DNA of 62,444 bases, filler included, from an uncultured bacterium (GCA_964449065.1; 4 parts of 4 records of this genome joined end to end with filler, not necessarily neighbours in it); one strand, 5' to 3'. Numbered from the whole stretch's first letter, positions 1 through 10,232 are shown. Translations and numbers: made by a program. Notes: generated by a model from the letters alone, not told the origin.

Positions 1-133
1 CCCCCTTGCATAAGGGGGTGGAGCCGTAGGCTCCGGGGGATTTTGCGTAGTTGAATGCGTGCTTCGATCCCCCCCTACCCCCCCTTAATAAGGGGGGATA
101 ACAACGACAGTCTCTTCGTTGCGTAACATCAGT
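1..133. mobile_element. Truncated MITE/REP composite at contig start (CCCCCTT-N-AAGGGGG hairpins; terminal TGCGTAACATCAGT)
   Basis: Positions 1-100 are near-identical in reverse complement to ~24685-24783. 120-133 TGCGTAACATCAGT is identical to the right end of the MITE at 43434-43447. Confidence 0.75.
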
Positions 134-227
134 GAGTAACTGCGTTTTCTTGAACCAGTCAGGTTTCTTCACCGCTTAATGTACATATAATTGATACAAT
201 CATTCACATACACATTTGGAGGCGCAG

Positions 228-1025
228 TTGAAAGAATTTACACTACAAGGCGAATGGGCGTTTATTTTAGGGTCATCCAGCGGATTCGGCATGGCAATAT
301 CGAAAGAACTGGCATCCCGCGGGATGAACATATTCGGCGTGCACTTCGACCGTAAATCCGCGATAGAAGCAATTAATGCAAACATAGAAGAAATGAAATC
401 AAACGGTGTTGAGGTTGAATTCTTCAACATGAATGCCGCCGATGAAGAAAAGCGTAAAAACACTATCCCCAAAATCAAAGAAAAAGTGGGCGGGAAGCCG
501 CTTCGCACCATCGTGCACAGCCTCGCCTTTGGATCCCTCAAAAACTATTTTGCCGAAACGGATCAAGACGAATTGACTCAATCCCAGATTGATATGACCA
601 TCAACGTCATGGCAAACAGCTTGGTCTATTGGGTACAGGATTTACGCCGGGAAGGTTTGGTCGGCCAAGGCACCCGCATTTTTGGGATGACCAGCGCGGG
701 GGGGCACCGGGTCTGGCCATCTTACGGCGCGGTATCCGCGGCAAAAGCGGCGTTGGAAAGCCATATCCGCCAAATTTCATTAGAGTTAGCCCCAGAAGGC
801 GTGCGGGCAAATTCCATCTGTGCCGGCGTAACCGATACCCCTGCGCTCCGCAAAATTCCCGGCAATGAAAAGTTGATTGAAGATGCCACCAAACGCAACC
901 CATCCGGAAGGCTCACGACACCTGAAGATGTCGCCAAAGCGATTGCTGTTCTGTCGCTTCCAGAAGCTGATTGGATCACAGGAAACGTCATCAACACCGA
1001 TGGCGGAGAGGATATTGTTGGATAA
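228..1025 (+). CDS. fabL: SDR family enoyl-ACP reductase, FabL-like
   Basis: GSSSGFG Rossmann motif, YX6K catalytic motif (YGAVSAAK) and ITG..INTDGG end. GGAGG at 218-222 precedes TTG 228 (ORF track starts at 216). Confidence 0.75.
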   Translation: MKEFTLQGEWAFILGSSSGFGMAISKELASRGMNIFGVHFDRKSAIEAINANIEEMKSNGVEVEFFNMNAADEEKRKNTIPKIKEKVGGKPLRTIVHSLAFGSLKNYFAETDQDELTQSQIDMTINVMANSLVYWVQDLRREGLVGQGTRIFGMTSAGGHRVWPSYGAVSAAKAALESHIRQISLELAPEGVRANSICAGVTDTPALRKIPGNEKLIEDATKRNPSGRLTTPEDVAKAIAVLSLPEADWITGNVINTDGGEDIVG

Positions 1026-1284
1026 ATCGGGCACTATATCTACGATGGATTAAAGTTACTACCCCAGGTAGAGGTCAAAACCGCAAAGCAGAAGAATCCA
1101 TATCCCCGGTCGAATTTAGCGCGTTCGACTTATATTATTGCCCAATTGCAGGGGCTGCCCCCCCCATAACTGCCCTAACTTCAATGCCATTGATGGAAGC
1201 AATCAAACTTGAAAACGCGATATTTTCTCCCTCTAATTTGAAAGCGACACAAAGGCCGCTTTACAAAATCTTGTAAAAGCAGGT

Positions 1285-1311
1285 TAAGTAATTTCAGATT
1301 CCTGACGATAT
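1285..1311 (+). promoter_or_regulatory. Sigma-28 (FliA/SigD) promoter of flagellin
   Basis: TAAG-N15-GACGATAT matches the consensus TAAA-N15-GCCGATAA, upstream of flagellin. Confidence 0.75.
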
Positions 1312-1591
1312 TAGGTTTCGATTCAAGACGATCAGCCCTATTTGATCTAAATCGTAAGATTTATATAGTTAATTTTGCATTCATCAGGAGGTTCCCGGTC
1401 AAGCATCCATTCCAACACCCATTGCCCTGTCGGGGGGCACTAGGCTGACAACCTGGTAACTGTGGGAAACATTACTCATGTGCTATGAACTGACAACCCC
1501 GTTCGTTGTGCTTCGCACCCACAGCGGATGGACCATGCGATCAATCATTCAACTTTTTTACCAAGTGACCGTACTCGCACCATGGTCACAC

Positions 1592-1629
1592 GCACCGGCA
1601 AGGAAGCCGGCTGCGAAGTTCAAGGAGGA
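1592..1629 (+). promoter_or_regulatory. Putative CsrA/RsmA binding sites in the flagellin leader
   Basis: Hairpin CCGGC-AAGGAA-GCCGG (1595-1610) with GGA in the loop, plus a second GGA in the Shine-Dalgarno AAGGAGG; same layout as CsrA-controlled hag/flaA leaders. Confidence 0.65.
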
Positions 1630-1634
1630 AGAAC

Positions 1635-4187
1635 ATGAGTATTTCCAGAATTAACAACAATATTTCCGCATTAACCGCACAACGAAATGTCGATAAAACC
1701 GGCCTGTCCATTCAAAAATCGGTGGAACGGTTGTCATCCGGATTGCGGATTAACCGCGCGGGCGATGACGCCGCCGGCCTTACCATCGCAAACCGCTTAC
1801 GTACCCAGGTTCAAGGTCTGAACCAAGCCATTGATAACGCGTCCAGCGGTATCAACCTCATCAACGTGGCAGAAGGCGCGTTGGAAGAAACCACCACCCG
1901 GTTGAACCGAATCCGCCAGCTGGCGATTCAGGCCGCCAACACGGGCGTAAACGACTTCGCCGCGCGGTCCGCCTTGCAGGATGAAGTCTTCCAAAGCATT
2001 GACGAAATCACTCGAATCGGCAATACCACCCAGTTCAGCAGCAACTTCTTGTTAAACGGAGACTTTGCCGTTGATACCGAACTGATTGACGGACAAGAAG
2101 ATGTCGGGATCAACATTGACGCCTCTCCGGTTGCCAGTACATTGGCAACCGGAAAATCATTTCTAAACATCATTAAAACCAAGGATGAAACCGCTGCTAT
2201 CATTGCCGGCGATACGGTAGGCAGCCAGCAAATCCTCAACACCGGGATTACCAACCAGTCGGATATTGCTGTTTCCACCGCGCGATTCTCAAGCACATTC
2301 GGAAACCTGGGAACGGCCGCTGCCAGTGGGGATAACTTGACCACCACGTTTTTCAATGGTGTTTCCATCTCCAGTGCAACGGCAGGCAATCTCGCGGTCT
2401 TTCAATTTAATGGTGTATTGAGCGACGGAACCACCGAATTTAACGGCACCTTAAGTTTGGGTGGCGGCAGCACAGTTGCCAACCTGATCTCTGCCATCAA
2501 CGTTGCCATCGATAACGCCGAAAAAGCCTTTTTAGGCGTAAACACAAACGGCAGTGTTGCATCTTCGTTCCGGACAACCGTTACGTTGGGTACCGGTGCC
2601 AACGCGGGCCGGTTGTTGTTTGTGAGTGACGGCCAGTTCATCAATGAATCCAACATCAATATTTCGCTCTTCCGAAATGGCGGATTGGCAGCGCAAACAG
2701 AAGGCGTGACCCGTTCCGGAGAAATCGGAACCGACTCGGCTATTTCCGGTCAAGGGGCCATCGGCAACAATGTTCAGGCCATAACCGGCTCCACCTTTGG
2801 CGCCGGGCAGTTTGATATCGATGTCACAAACGTACAGGCCGCCCAACAACGGAAAGTACAAAACACGGTGATCTTCCGCGATAACGAAGGCGGGATCTTA
2901 AACCGAACAACTTCTTTGAACAGTTCTACCAGCACCCGGTCTATCGTAATCAACGGGACCTTCGAAGGCGGTGTCTACACCGGTGGTACCACCCTTACGG
3001 ATGGGTCCACCATCACCCTAGCCGGTACCAATGCTGACGGCACCACGTTCTCATCGGCATTTACCTTTGATGGAAACACCGGGGCGAACGATGTCGATGC
3101 GGAAACCAACTTAAACGACTTCCAGTTTTCCAGCATTTCCGGTTTGATTCAAGAGTTAAACTTCAGAACCCGAACCTTTGATCCTGCCGCCAATGTAACC
3201 AATGGGGAGCAAACCCGGTTTGAAGACGCCATCTTTACGTTCAACCCGGTGGGTAAATTGGAACTGATTGATGACCTTTCCCGCTCCAATTCTCAGTTGA
3301 ACTTTACCCTCACCTTTGAAACCGCGGGTGGCGCGGGTGGTGGAACAACAACCATTCAAGACAAAGCGGAACTGGTGCAGGAAGGGTTCTTTGAAGAAGC
3401 CACCTTTAGCGTCAACGGCGGCCCCTTTGTTCGGGCACGCGCCGGTGAAGTGGTCACCTTGGAAGGCGAAAAATCCACCATTGAAGGAATTCCGCAACCG
3501 AGTGTCACGTTCCGTTTGGGAAGTGGATTTACCCAAGGTCTGGATAAATTGGAAACCACAGCCGCTGAATTTACCGGTTCGTTAAATGGTGGTGAAACGG
3601 TAACGTTCCAAAACGGGAATGACAATGTTGTATTTGTTGATGGAACCAGTGGTGGAAGCAACGGCGTCGCCCGAATTTTAACCGTTGACTTTGACGACGT
3701 GTTGGATGTCACGCGCCGTACCGACGGACTTCCGGATACAGGACGGACATTGATTGTTTCAACCTTAAACCGCAGTTTGAACTTCCAAGTAGGGGCGTTC
3801 GACGGCCAAAATTTCCAAGCCGCGATTGGTGACCTGCGATCCAGCAATCTTGGATTTGGCGAAGGCAGCGGACGAACGGTCTCGGATATTAACATCACTT
3901 CTCTTGAAGGGGCTGAAGAAGCCATTCGAATTGTGGATGAAGCGCTGGCACAGGTTGACAAAACCCGGTCGATTTTGGGGGCGGCAACCAACCGTCTTGA
4001 AGCCACGATTTCAAGTATCACGGTTGGCTCTGAGAACTTAACCGCTTCCGAATCCAGAATCCGTGACGCCGACATCGCGAAAGAATCCACCGAATTTACC
4101 AAGAATCAGGTAATCTTACAGGCTGGTCTTTCGGTATTGGCACAGGCAAACTTCCAAAGTCAGGGATTCATCTCTCTCCTTGGATAA
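1635..4187 (+). CDS. fliC: Flagellin, very large (850 aa) with long central variable region
   Basis: N-terminal ERLSSGLRINRAGDDAAGL; C-terminal LGAATNRLE...SRIRDADIAKE...QAGLSVLAQAN. Confidence 0.97.
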   Translation: MSISRINNNISALTAQRNVDKTGLSIQKSVERLSSGLRINRAGDDAAGLTIANRLRTQVQGLNQAIDNASSGINLINVAEGALEETTTRLNRIRQLAIQAANTGVNDFAARSALQDEVFQSIDEITRIGNTTQFSSNFLLNGDFAVDTELIDGQEDVGINIDASPVASTLATGKSFLNIIKTKDETAAIIAGDTVGSQQILNTGITNQSDIAVSTARFSSTFGNLGTAAASGDNLTTTFFNGVSISSATAGNLAVFQFNGVLSDGTTEFNGTLSLGGGSTVANLISAINVAIDNAEKAFLGVNTNGSVASSFRTTVTLGTGANAGRLLFVSDGQFINESNINISLFRNGGLAAQTEGVTRSGEIGTDSAISGQGAIGNNVQAITGSTFGAGQFDIDVTNVQAAQQRKVQNTVIFRDNEGGILNRTTSLNSSTSTRSIVINGTFEGGVYTGGTTLTDGSTITLAGTNADGTTFSSAFTFDGNTGANDVDAETNLNDFQFSSISGLIQELNFRTRTFDPAANVTNGEQTRFEDAIFTFNPVGKLELIDDLSRSNSQLNFTLTFETAGGAGGGTTTIQDKAELVQEGFFEEATFSVNGGPFVRARAGEVVTLEGEKSTIEGIPQPSVTFRLGSGFTQGLDKLETTAAEFTGSLNGGETVTFQNGNDNVVFVDGTSGGSNGVARILTVDFDDVLDVTRRTDGLPDTGRTLIVSTLNRSLNFQVGAFDGQNFQAAIGDLRSSNLGFGEGSGRTVSDINITSLEGAEEAIRIVDEALAQVDKTRSILGAATNRLEATISSITVGSENLTASESRIRDADIAKESTEFTKNQVILQAGLSVLAQANFQSQGFISLLG

Positions 4188-4220
4188 TCTTCATCACGAT
4201 AGCCATACACGGCAACAACC

Positions 4221-4262
4221 AAGAACCGGGCAGCGGAACATGCTGTCCGGTTCTTCTATTTT
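4221..4262 (+). terminator. Intrinsic terminator after flagellin
   Basis: AAGAACCGGGCAGC / GCTGTCCGGTTCTT stem followed by a T-rich tract. Confidence 0.75.
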
Positions 4263-4349
4263 CAGAAAATGTTTGACCGGTTGATCGTTTTATTCTTATA
4301 CCAAGCTGCATATAATTTCTTTTCAAGAAAGTAATGTTTGATGCGCGGC

Positions 4350-4453
4350 TAGCGCATTTCAGAGTTGGATAGACAGAATCTGCCGTTGTTTTTCTTCTTG
4401 TTAAGGGGGGTAGGGGGATCGATCCCCGTCATTTAATCGTTGACACAGTGCTA
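4350..4453. repeat. Degenerate MITE/REP copy (AAGGGGGGTAGGGGGATCGA family)
   Basis: Core shared with 1-100 (reverse complement), 12405-12448 and 24685-24722; imperfect TAGCGC.../...GTGCTA ends. Confidence 0.55.
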
Positions 4454-4764
4454 GCGGTAAATATACAGAACGGTTGCGGCAAGACAATGATTCTTCGCCG
4501 CTGGGCGGAAAATCGAATTCGATTGATGAACTTGCTGAGATGCAAAATGTTCAGCCGATAGGGGATGTGCGTTCGCTTTTTGGCACTTGTCTTGGTAATG
4601 TGGATGACGGTTTTGAAGAATGGTTAATAACGTAAGAAACATCCGACAAAAATAATCCCCAAGGAATCTACAGTTTCCCCCTTAATAAAGGGTGGTTTAC
4701 TTCCTACCATAATGATTCATTGTATTCAAAACATCTCCTTATTATGGGCAGAAAGAGTTGATCT

Positions 4765-5895
4765 ATGAGCCTGCACAACATCCAGCATCTGCGCGATGAG
4801 TTTGAAACCATCCGCAAGGGGATTATTTTTGTCAACCATGCGGGAACGGTTACGCTTCCCAAGCGGTGCGCGGACGCGATGAAGAAATCCATCGAACTCA
4901 ACCAAACGCTGCAAGTCAGCGATTTTATGCAGATGATGGGCATGGTAGAAGACTGCCGCAACCGCGCCGCCGATATGCTGAATGTATCTTCCGAGGAAAT
5001 CGCCCTCACCCGCAACACTACCGAAGGCATTAATTTTGTCGCGAACGGGCTGAATCTCAACGAAGGGGACCGTGTCGTCACCATCAACGGCGAATATCCC
5101 GCCAACATCTACCCCTGGCTGCGGCTGCAAGAAAAGGGCGTGGATGTCCATCTCATCGAACCCGTTGATCACCGTGTTTCAATGGAACAGTTGGAAGACG
5201 CCCTCACGCCTAACACCAAACTGCTTACGCTGAGTTTTGTGGATTTTGTCAGCGGCTTCCGCTTTGATCTCGAAGCGGTGGGCAAGCTCTGCGCGGAAAA
5301 AGGGGTTCTCTTTCATGTGGATTTGATACAGGGCATGGGAGTGCTGCCGGTTGATTTTCATCATACCAAAGTTTCTTTCGCCTCGGTGGGGGCGCAGAAA
5401 TGGCTGCTGGGGCCAATGGGCGCGGGGATCTTTTATTGCAGCAAGGATTGTATGGATTCACTTGAAACGACTGTGGTGGGCGCAACCAGCGTCAAGGATT
5501 TCATCCCCTATTTGAATTATGATTATTCGTTGCTGGATACCGCCAAGCGCTTTGAATATTCCGCTTCGGCCGTGCATGAAATAATTGGTATGGGCGCTTC
5601 ACTCACCATCTTTCTGGAATTTGGGATGGAGTTTATTTCCCACCGGATCAAATTACTGACAGATATCTTATATGAAGGTGCCTTGAATAAGGGGTATGAG
5701 TGCGTATCGCCGCGCGGTGAGGGGCAATGGTCGGGGATTCTTTCGTTTAAACATCCCAAAAAAGATACGCTGGATGTGGTGGATCAACTCGGAAACGCCA
5801 ATATCTTTACACGCGAGCGTGAGGGATACATCCGCCTCTCCCCCCACTTTTATCAAACCGAGGATGAGATGCGAAAGATTGTGGAAGTCCTTTAA
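4765..5895 (+). CDS. Class V PLP-dependent aminotransferase / C-S lyase-like enzyme
   Basis: NTTEG, D..Q (DLIQ), QKWLLGP PLP lysine and RLSPHFY. It lacks the C-terminal RxGHHC cysteine motif of SufS, so it is more C-DES/EgtE-like. Confidence 0.85.
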   Translation: MSLHNIQHLRDEFETIRKGIIFVNHAGTVTLPKRCADAMKKSIELNQTLQVSDFMQMMGMVEDCRNRAADMLNVSSEEIALTRNTTEGINFVANGLNLNEGDRVVTINGEYPANIYPWLRLQEKGVDVHLIEPVDHRVSMEQLEDALTPNTKLLTLSFVDFVSGFRFDLEAVGKLCAEKGVLFHVDLIQGMGVLPVDFHHTKVSFASVGAQKWLLGPMGAGIFYCSKDCMDSLETTVVGATSVKDFIPYLNYDYSLLDTAKRFEYSASAVHEIIGMGASLTIFLEFGMEFISHRIKLLTDILYEGALNKGYECVSPRGEGQWSGILSFKHPKKDTLDVVDQLGNANIFTREREGYIRLSPHFYQTEDEMRKIVEVL

Positions 5896-5964
5896 AATGA
5901 GCATATTACTCTAATTTTGTGCCGGATGTATTCTTTTGAGTCAACAACGTTACGGTCATTATTT

Positions 5965-6039
5965 CGGGTGAATATTACCCACTGTGTGGGTGAAATTCAC
6001 CCACTTAATGGTTGATTTTCACCCAATGTTTGATACAAT
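5965..6039 (+). promoter_or_regulatory. Three phased palindromic boxes plus extended -10 upstream of AAA ATPase
   Basis: GGGTGAATATTACCCA (5966), GGGTGAAATTCACCCA (5988) and GGTTGATTTTCACCCA (6010) at exact 22-bp period; TGATACAAT at 6031-6039. Confidence 0.6.
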
Positions 6040-6045
6040 TTTTCC

Positions 6046-7278
6046 ATGTTTAAACGGCATATCATCTCTTCCATCCACGAAGCTTTGGACGATACTCCCG
6101 TCGTTGTAATTACGGGTGCGCGTCAAACCGGTAAAAGCACACTCTGCCGCCAACTGATTGAGCAAAATATTTTTCATGAGAAATATGTAACGTTGGATGA
6201 TCCAACTACCTTAACGGCCGCTCATGCCGATCCGCTGGGATTTTTGCAAGATGTAGGGCCGCGTGGAATCATAGATGAGGTGCAACGGGCACCGGAACTT
6301 CTTGTCAGTTTGAAAAAACTGGTTGATCAAGACCGCGAAACGGCACGATTTATCCTTACCGGGTCGGCGAATGTCATGGTTCTTCCTGCTGTATCGGATT
6401 CGTTGGCAGGCCGCATTGAAATCCATCATTTATGGCCTTTATCCCAAGATGAAATCAAGGCTATTCCATCGGTGTTTTTAGATGCTTTGGTTTCCACCCA
6501 TCCATTCGGTCGTCAAAAGTCATCGTGGGAAGAGACAATAAAAGCGCTGAGTATCGGCGGTTATCCGGAATCGGTAAAACGCAAAGCGGAAACCCGCCGT
6601 TCCAAATGGTTTGAATCGTATATTAACTCGATCCTGCAAAAGGATATTCGCGAACTCGCGGATATTTCTGGATTAACGCAAATTCCCAACCTATTGCAAC
6701 TTATAAGCGCCCGGGTGGGCAGTACGATAAACATGGCGGATATATCAAGACTGTCAGGCGTAAAAAGTTCTACCCTTCAACGGTATATCGCTCTTTTAAA
6801 AAATGTTTTTCTGCTTGTGGATATTCTCCCTTTGACGCCGAATATCGAAGGACGATTTGTAAAATCGCCTAAACTGTATTTTAATGATACCGGCTTGTTG
6901 TGTCATTTACGCGGCGAAGATAAAAATAGTTTGCTGGAAAGCAGAAGCAAGGCGGGACCGGTTTTAGAAAACTTTGTGGTTATGGAAATCGTCAAACAAC
7001 TCAGCTGGTCAAATCATTTCATCAAGGCCTATCATTTCAGTACCCATAAAGGGGCGGAAGTGGATTTGGTGTTGGAAGACCGCAGAAAGCGGCTGTATGG
7101 AATAGAAATCAAATCTTCAGCCGCGCTCGGTAAGAATGACTTTAAGGGCTTGATCCGCTTATCCGAACTATCATCCAAATTTCAAAAAGGTATCGTATTG
7201 TATATGGGAGAGGAAACGGTATGTTTTGGAAAAAATTTGTACGCGGTGCCTATGCCATTCTTGTGGAAAGGCGCATAG
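6046..7278 (+). CDS. AAA_14 ATPase with DUF4143 and C-terminal PD-(D/E)XK-like domain
   Basis: GARQTGKST Walker A, IIDEVQR Walker B, LTGS, SLAGR, KSPKLYFNDTGL, EVDLV...IEIK. Confidence 0.9.
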   Translation: MFKRHIISSIHEALDDTPVVVITGARQTGKSTLCRQLIEQNIFHEKYVTLDDPTTLTAAHADPLGFLQDVGPRGIIDEVQRAPELLVSLKKLVDQDRETARFILTGSANVMVLPAVSDSLAGRIEIHHLWPLSQDEIKAIPSVFLDALVSTHPFGRQKSSWEETIKALSIGGYPESVKRKAETRRSKWFESYINSILQKDIRELADISGLTQIPNLLQLISARVGSTINMADISRLSGVKSSTLQRYIALLKNVFLLVDILPLTPNIEGRFVKSPKLYFNDTGLLCHLRGEDKNSLLESRSKAGPVLENFVVMEIVKQLSWSNHFIKAYHFSTHKGAEVDLVLEDRRKRLYGIEIKSSAALGKNDFKGLIRLSELSSKFQKGIVLYMGEETVCFGKNLYAVPMPFLWKGA

Positions 7279-7483
7279 TTGGCCCATTCAAACGTTTTCC
7301 CGTTTTTTTCAGGGTTCCCGTCTGCGTTGACAGCAACCGTTCCAGCAAGTACATTTCCTTGTTTGTGCCCGTTTCAAAAGATGCGTTGACCCTCCCAGCA
7401 GGTTGTCGAAATTTCTGAGATGCATGTATCGTATGTCTTTTGAAACCCAATTCACGGATATTTGTTCTCAAAAGGAGTTCGAA

Positions 7484-10078
7484 ATGATCTGGCAGAGGAT
7501 TCCTGTCTGGAAAATTGTTTTAATCGTTGTGGTATTGCTGTTTGCGTTGTGGAGTTTGATCCCGACCCTTCAATTCTACTCCTACGATCTGGAAGAACGC
7601 AATTCCGGTATCACCCAAGAAATGCGCCAAATCGAGCAACAGATCGCGGAAAATCCTGCCAACGCTCCTACCTTGCGGGAACGCTATCTTGAATTAAAAG
7701 AAGAATTTCGTGGATTGCAGGAAAGCAGCATCCGCCTCGGCCTTGACCTGCAAGGCGGGGTTCACATGGTAATCTCGGTCGATATGGAGCAGTTCGAAGA
7801 GAATCTCATCAACGAAGGCAAAGATGAAACCGAAATTCAATACGCCAAGGATACCGTGCTTGATTCCGCCGCCGCGGTGATCCAAAACCGGGTGGACCAA
7901 TATGGGGTTTCCGAAGCCGCCCTCATCAAACAACCGCCGAACCGCTTGGTGCTTGAAATCCCTGGATTCAGCGATCCGGAACAAGTCCGTGAACTGGTAC
8001 GCGCCGATGCGCAGCTCTACTTTCATTTGGTTGCGGAAAAAAGCGAAATTCTGGATTTAATCGCCGATGTCGATGCCGTGGTTGAAGACGATTTAGCCAG
8101 TATGTTATTCGACACCAATATGGGGGCAGTGGTTGTGGAAGTGCCTGACGATTATGAAATCGTATCAAAAGCGTTAGAGCGCCCCCAATTACAAGGGCTC
8201 ATCCCCAACAACCGTATTTTCCGGTGGGGCAGTATTGAAGAACCCAATAACCAATACAGCTTCCGCCACCGTTATTTGTATTTATTAAAAGCCACGGAAG
8301 AACTGACCGGTTCCCGGCTTTCGGACGCGTTTGTGTATTTTGATCCCATAACCAACCAGCCGCAGGTTTCCATCCAATTTGACCGCGAAGGCAGCCGCAC
8401 CTTTCGCCGTGTGACTGAAAACAACATCGGCAACCATTTGGCGATTGTGATGGACGGCACTGTCTTTTCCGCCCCGGTCATCAATACCGAAATCCCGAAC
8501 GGGCAGGCTGTTATTGAAGGGATCGGCGATTACGATGAAGCGCGGCAAACCTCTGTCGTTCTTCGCGCCGGTTCGCTGCCGGCGCCGCTGGTGATTGATG
8601 AAAGCCGCGTGGTCGGCCCTTCGTTGGGGCGCGATTCGATTGAATCCAGTTTTTACGCGGGCGCTATCGGTGCCGCCGTCGTGCTGATTTTTATGATTGT
8701 CTATTACATGGGAACCGGGCTTGTCGCCAATGTGGCTGTTCTGCTGAACCTGTTTCTTTTGGTGGCCTGCCTGGCGCTGCTGAAAGCGACACTAACCCTG
8801 CCGGGTATTGCGGGTATTGTACTGACCATCGGTATGGCGGTGGACGCGAACGTTCTAATCTTCGAGCGCCTGCGTGAGGAGATATCCGGCAAACGGCATA
8901 AGACACCGCAACTGGTGCTGGACCGCGGGTACGGCCGGGCGTTTATGACCATCTTCGACGCCAACCTTACCACGCTGATCACGGCATTGGTGCTCTTCCA
9001 ATTCGGCACCGGACCCATCAAAGGGTTTGCGGTGACCTTGTCACTTGGGATTTTGGTTTCGTTATTTACCGCCGTTTTTGTTTCCCGTGTGATTTTAGAT
9101 ACCGGTGTCGGCTTGGGGATGAAGAACATCTCCGTGGGTAAAATGCGCTTTTTCTCCACACCCAAATTTGATTTCCTATCCAACGCCAAGCCTATCTTGT
9201 TAACCTCCACAGCGATCGGGTTGGCTGGAACCATCTTTCTTGTTGCCAACTGGACCAGCCTGCGCGGCATCGATTTCGCCGGCGGGGATCAAGTGATTCT
9301 GCAATTCAACCAAGAAGTTGAAGCCCAAGAAATCCGGGAAGGGTTAGCCGGCGTAGGGATAACGGATACGGTTGTTCAACGGATTCTGGGACAAGAAAAC
9401 CAAATGATGATCCGTTCCCGCGAAGGGCAGGTCGAAAATCCTCTAGCCTTGGTCGAAAAGATTAAAGCAGGGCTGCCGAATGTATCCTTCCAAGAACCGC
9501 CCCTTTCGACGGAAGGTGTGGAGGCGAAAGTTGGAGTCGAGTTGTTGTGGAAAGGAATCTATTGTTTAATCTTTGCCAGCATTGGCATTTTGTTGTATAT
9601 TACCGCCCGCTTTGAGTTCCGCTTTGCGGTCGCGGCGGTGGCGGCGCTGTTTCACGATTTATTCTTTACGCTGGGGATTTTGGCGATTACGCAGACCGAA
9701 TTTAACCTGCCGATTATCGCAGCGCTGCTGACGGTGTTGGGGTATTCGCTCAACGATACCATCGTGGTGTTTGACCGCATTCGTGAAAACTATGATTCCG
9801 CCATGATGAACTTCAAAGGCGTGGTCAACAATAGCATCAACCAAACCTTAACGCGAACGGTCAACACTTCTGTTACCACATTATTTGTTATCTGTTCTCT
9901 TTACGTTATGGGCGGATCCGTAATTCACGATTTTACCTTTACATTGATGATCGGGATCGTCGTCGGTACCTATTCCTCCATCTATGTTGCCAGCCCCATA
10001 TTGCTGATGCTGGGTACACCGCAGCCGGCCGAACATGTACAAGGTACTGGCGCCAAAGAAGTAAAAGCCACGGGATAA
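7484..10078 (+). CDS. secDF: Fused protein translocase subunit SecDF
   Basis: LGLDLQGG, VGPSLG, TLTLPGIAG, GMAVDANVLIFER (SecD); GIDFAGG, GYSLNDTIVVFDRIREN (SecF). AAGGAG precedes ATG 7484. Confidence 0.96.
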   Translation: MIWQRIPVWKIVLIVVVLLFALWSLIPTLQFYSYDLEERNSGITQEMRQIEQQIAENPANAPTLRERYLELKEEFRGLQESSIRLGLDLQGGVHMVISVDMEQFEENLINEGKDETEIQYAKDTVLDSAAAVIQNRVDQYGVSEAALIKQPPNRLVLEIPGFSDPEQVRELVRADAQLYFHLVAEKSEILDLIADVDAVVEDDLASMLFDTNMGAVVVEVPDDYEIVSKALERPQLQGLIPNNRIFRWGSIEEPNNQYSFRHRYLYLLKATEELTGSRLSDAFVYFDPITNQPQVSIQFDREGSRTFRRVTENNIGNHLAIVMDGTVFSAPVINTEIPNGQAVIEGIGDYDEARQTSVVLRAGSLPAPLVIDESRVVGPSLGRDSIESSFYAGAIGAAVVLIFMIVYYMGTGLVANVAVLLNLFLLVACLALLKATLTLPGIAGIVLTIGMAVDANVLIFERLREEISGKRHKTPQLVLDRGYGRAFMTIFDANLTTLITALVLFQFGTGPIKGFAVTLSLGILVSLFTAVFVSRVILDTGVGLGMKNISVGKMRFFSTPKFDFLSNAKPILLTSTAIGLAGTIFLVANWTSLRGIDFAGGDQVILQFNQEVEAQEIREGLAGVGITDTVVQRILGQENQMMIRSREGQVENPLALVEKIKAGLPNVSFQEPPLSTEGVEAKVGVELLWKGIYCLIFASIGILLYITARFEFRFAVAAVAALFHDLFFTLGILAITQTEFNLPIIAALLTVLGYSLNDTIVVFDRIRENYDSAMMNFKGVVNNSINQTLTRTVNTSVTTLFVICSLYVMGGSVIHDFTFTLMIGIVVGTYSSIYVASPILLMLGTPQPAEHVQGTGAKEVKATG

Positions 10079-10097
10079 GAAAAAAGACGCCAAAAAC

Positions 10098-10133
10098 AAA
10101 GGCCCCTCTTCTATTAAAGATGAGGGGCTTTTT
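10098..10133 (+). terminator. Intrinsic terminator after secDF
   Basis: GGCCCCTC...GAGGGGCT stem followed by TTTT. Confidence 0.65.
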
Positions 10134-10232
10134 ACTGGGTTCTCGATTTTTCCCGCGGTGATATACTTTAACATTCTCTTCAGAAATTGTTATGAAAGAT
10201 GTACACCAATCCAAATCGGTTGAGGTGAACCC

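Noticed and set aside
1259..1280. TTTACAA-AATC-TTGTAAA inverted repeat just upstream of the flagellin -35
   Set aside because: Single AT-rich 7-bp repeat with no second copy; a regulator site is possible but unsupported.
5965..6026. Possible mini-CRISPR array
   Set aside because: Only three 16-bp units with 6-nt spacers and no cas genes; fits an operator array instead.
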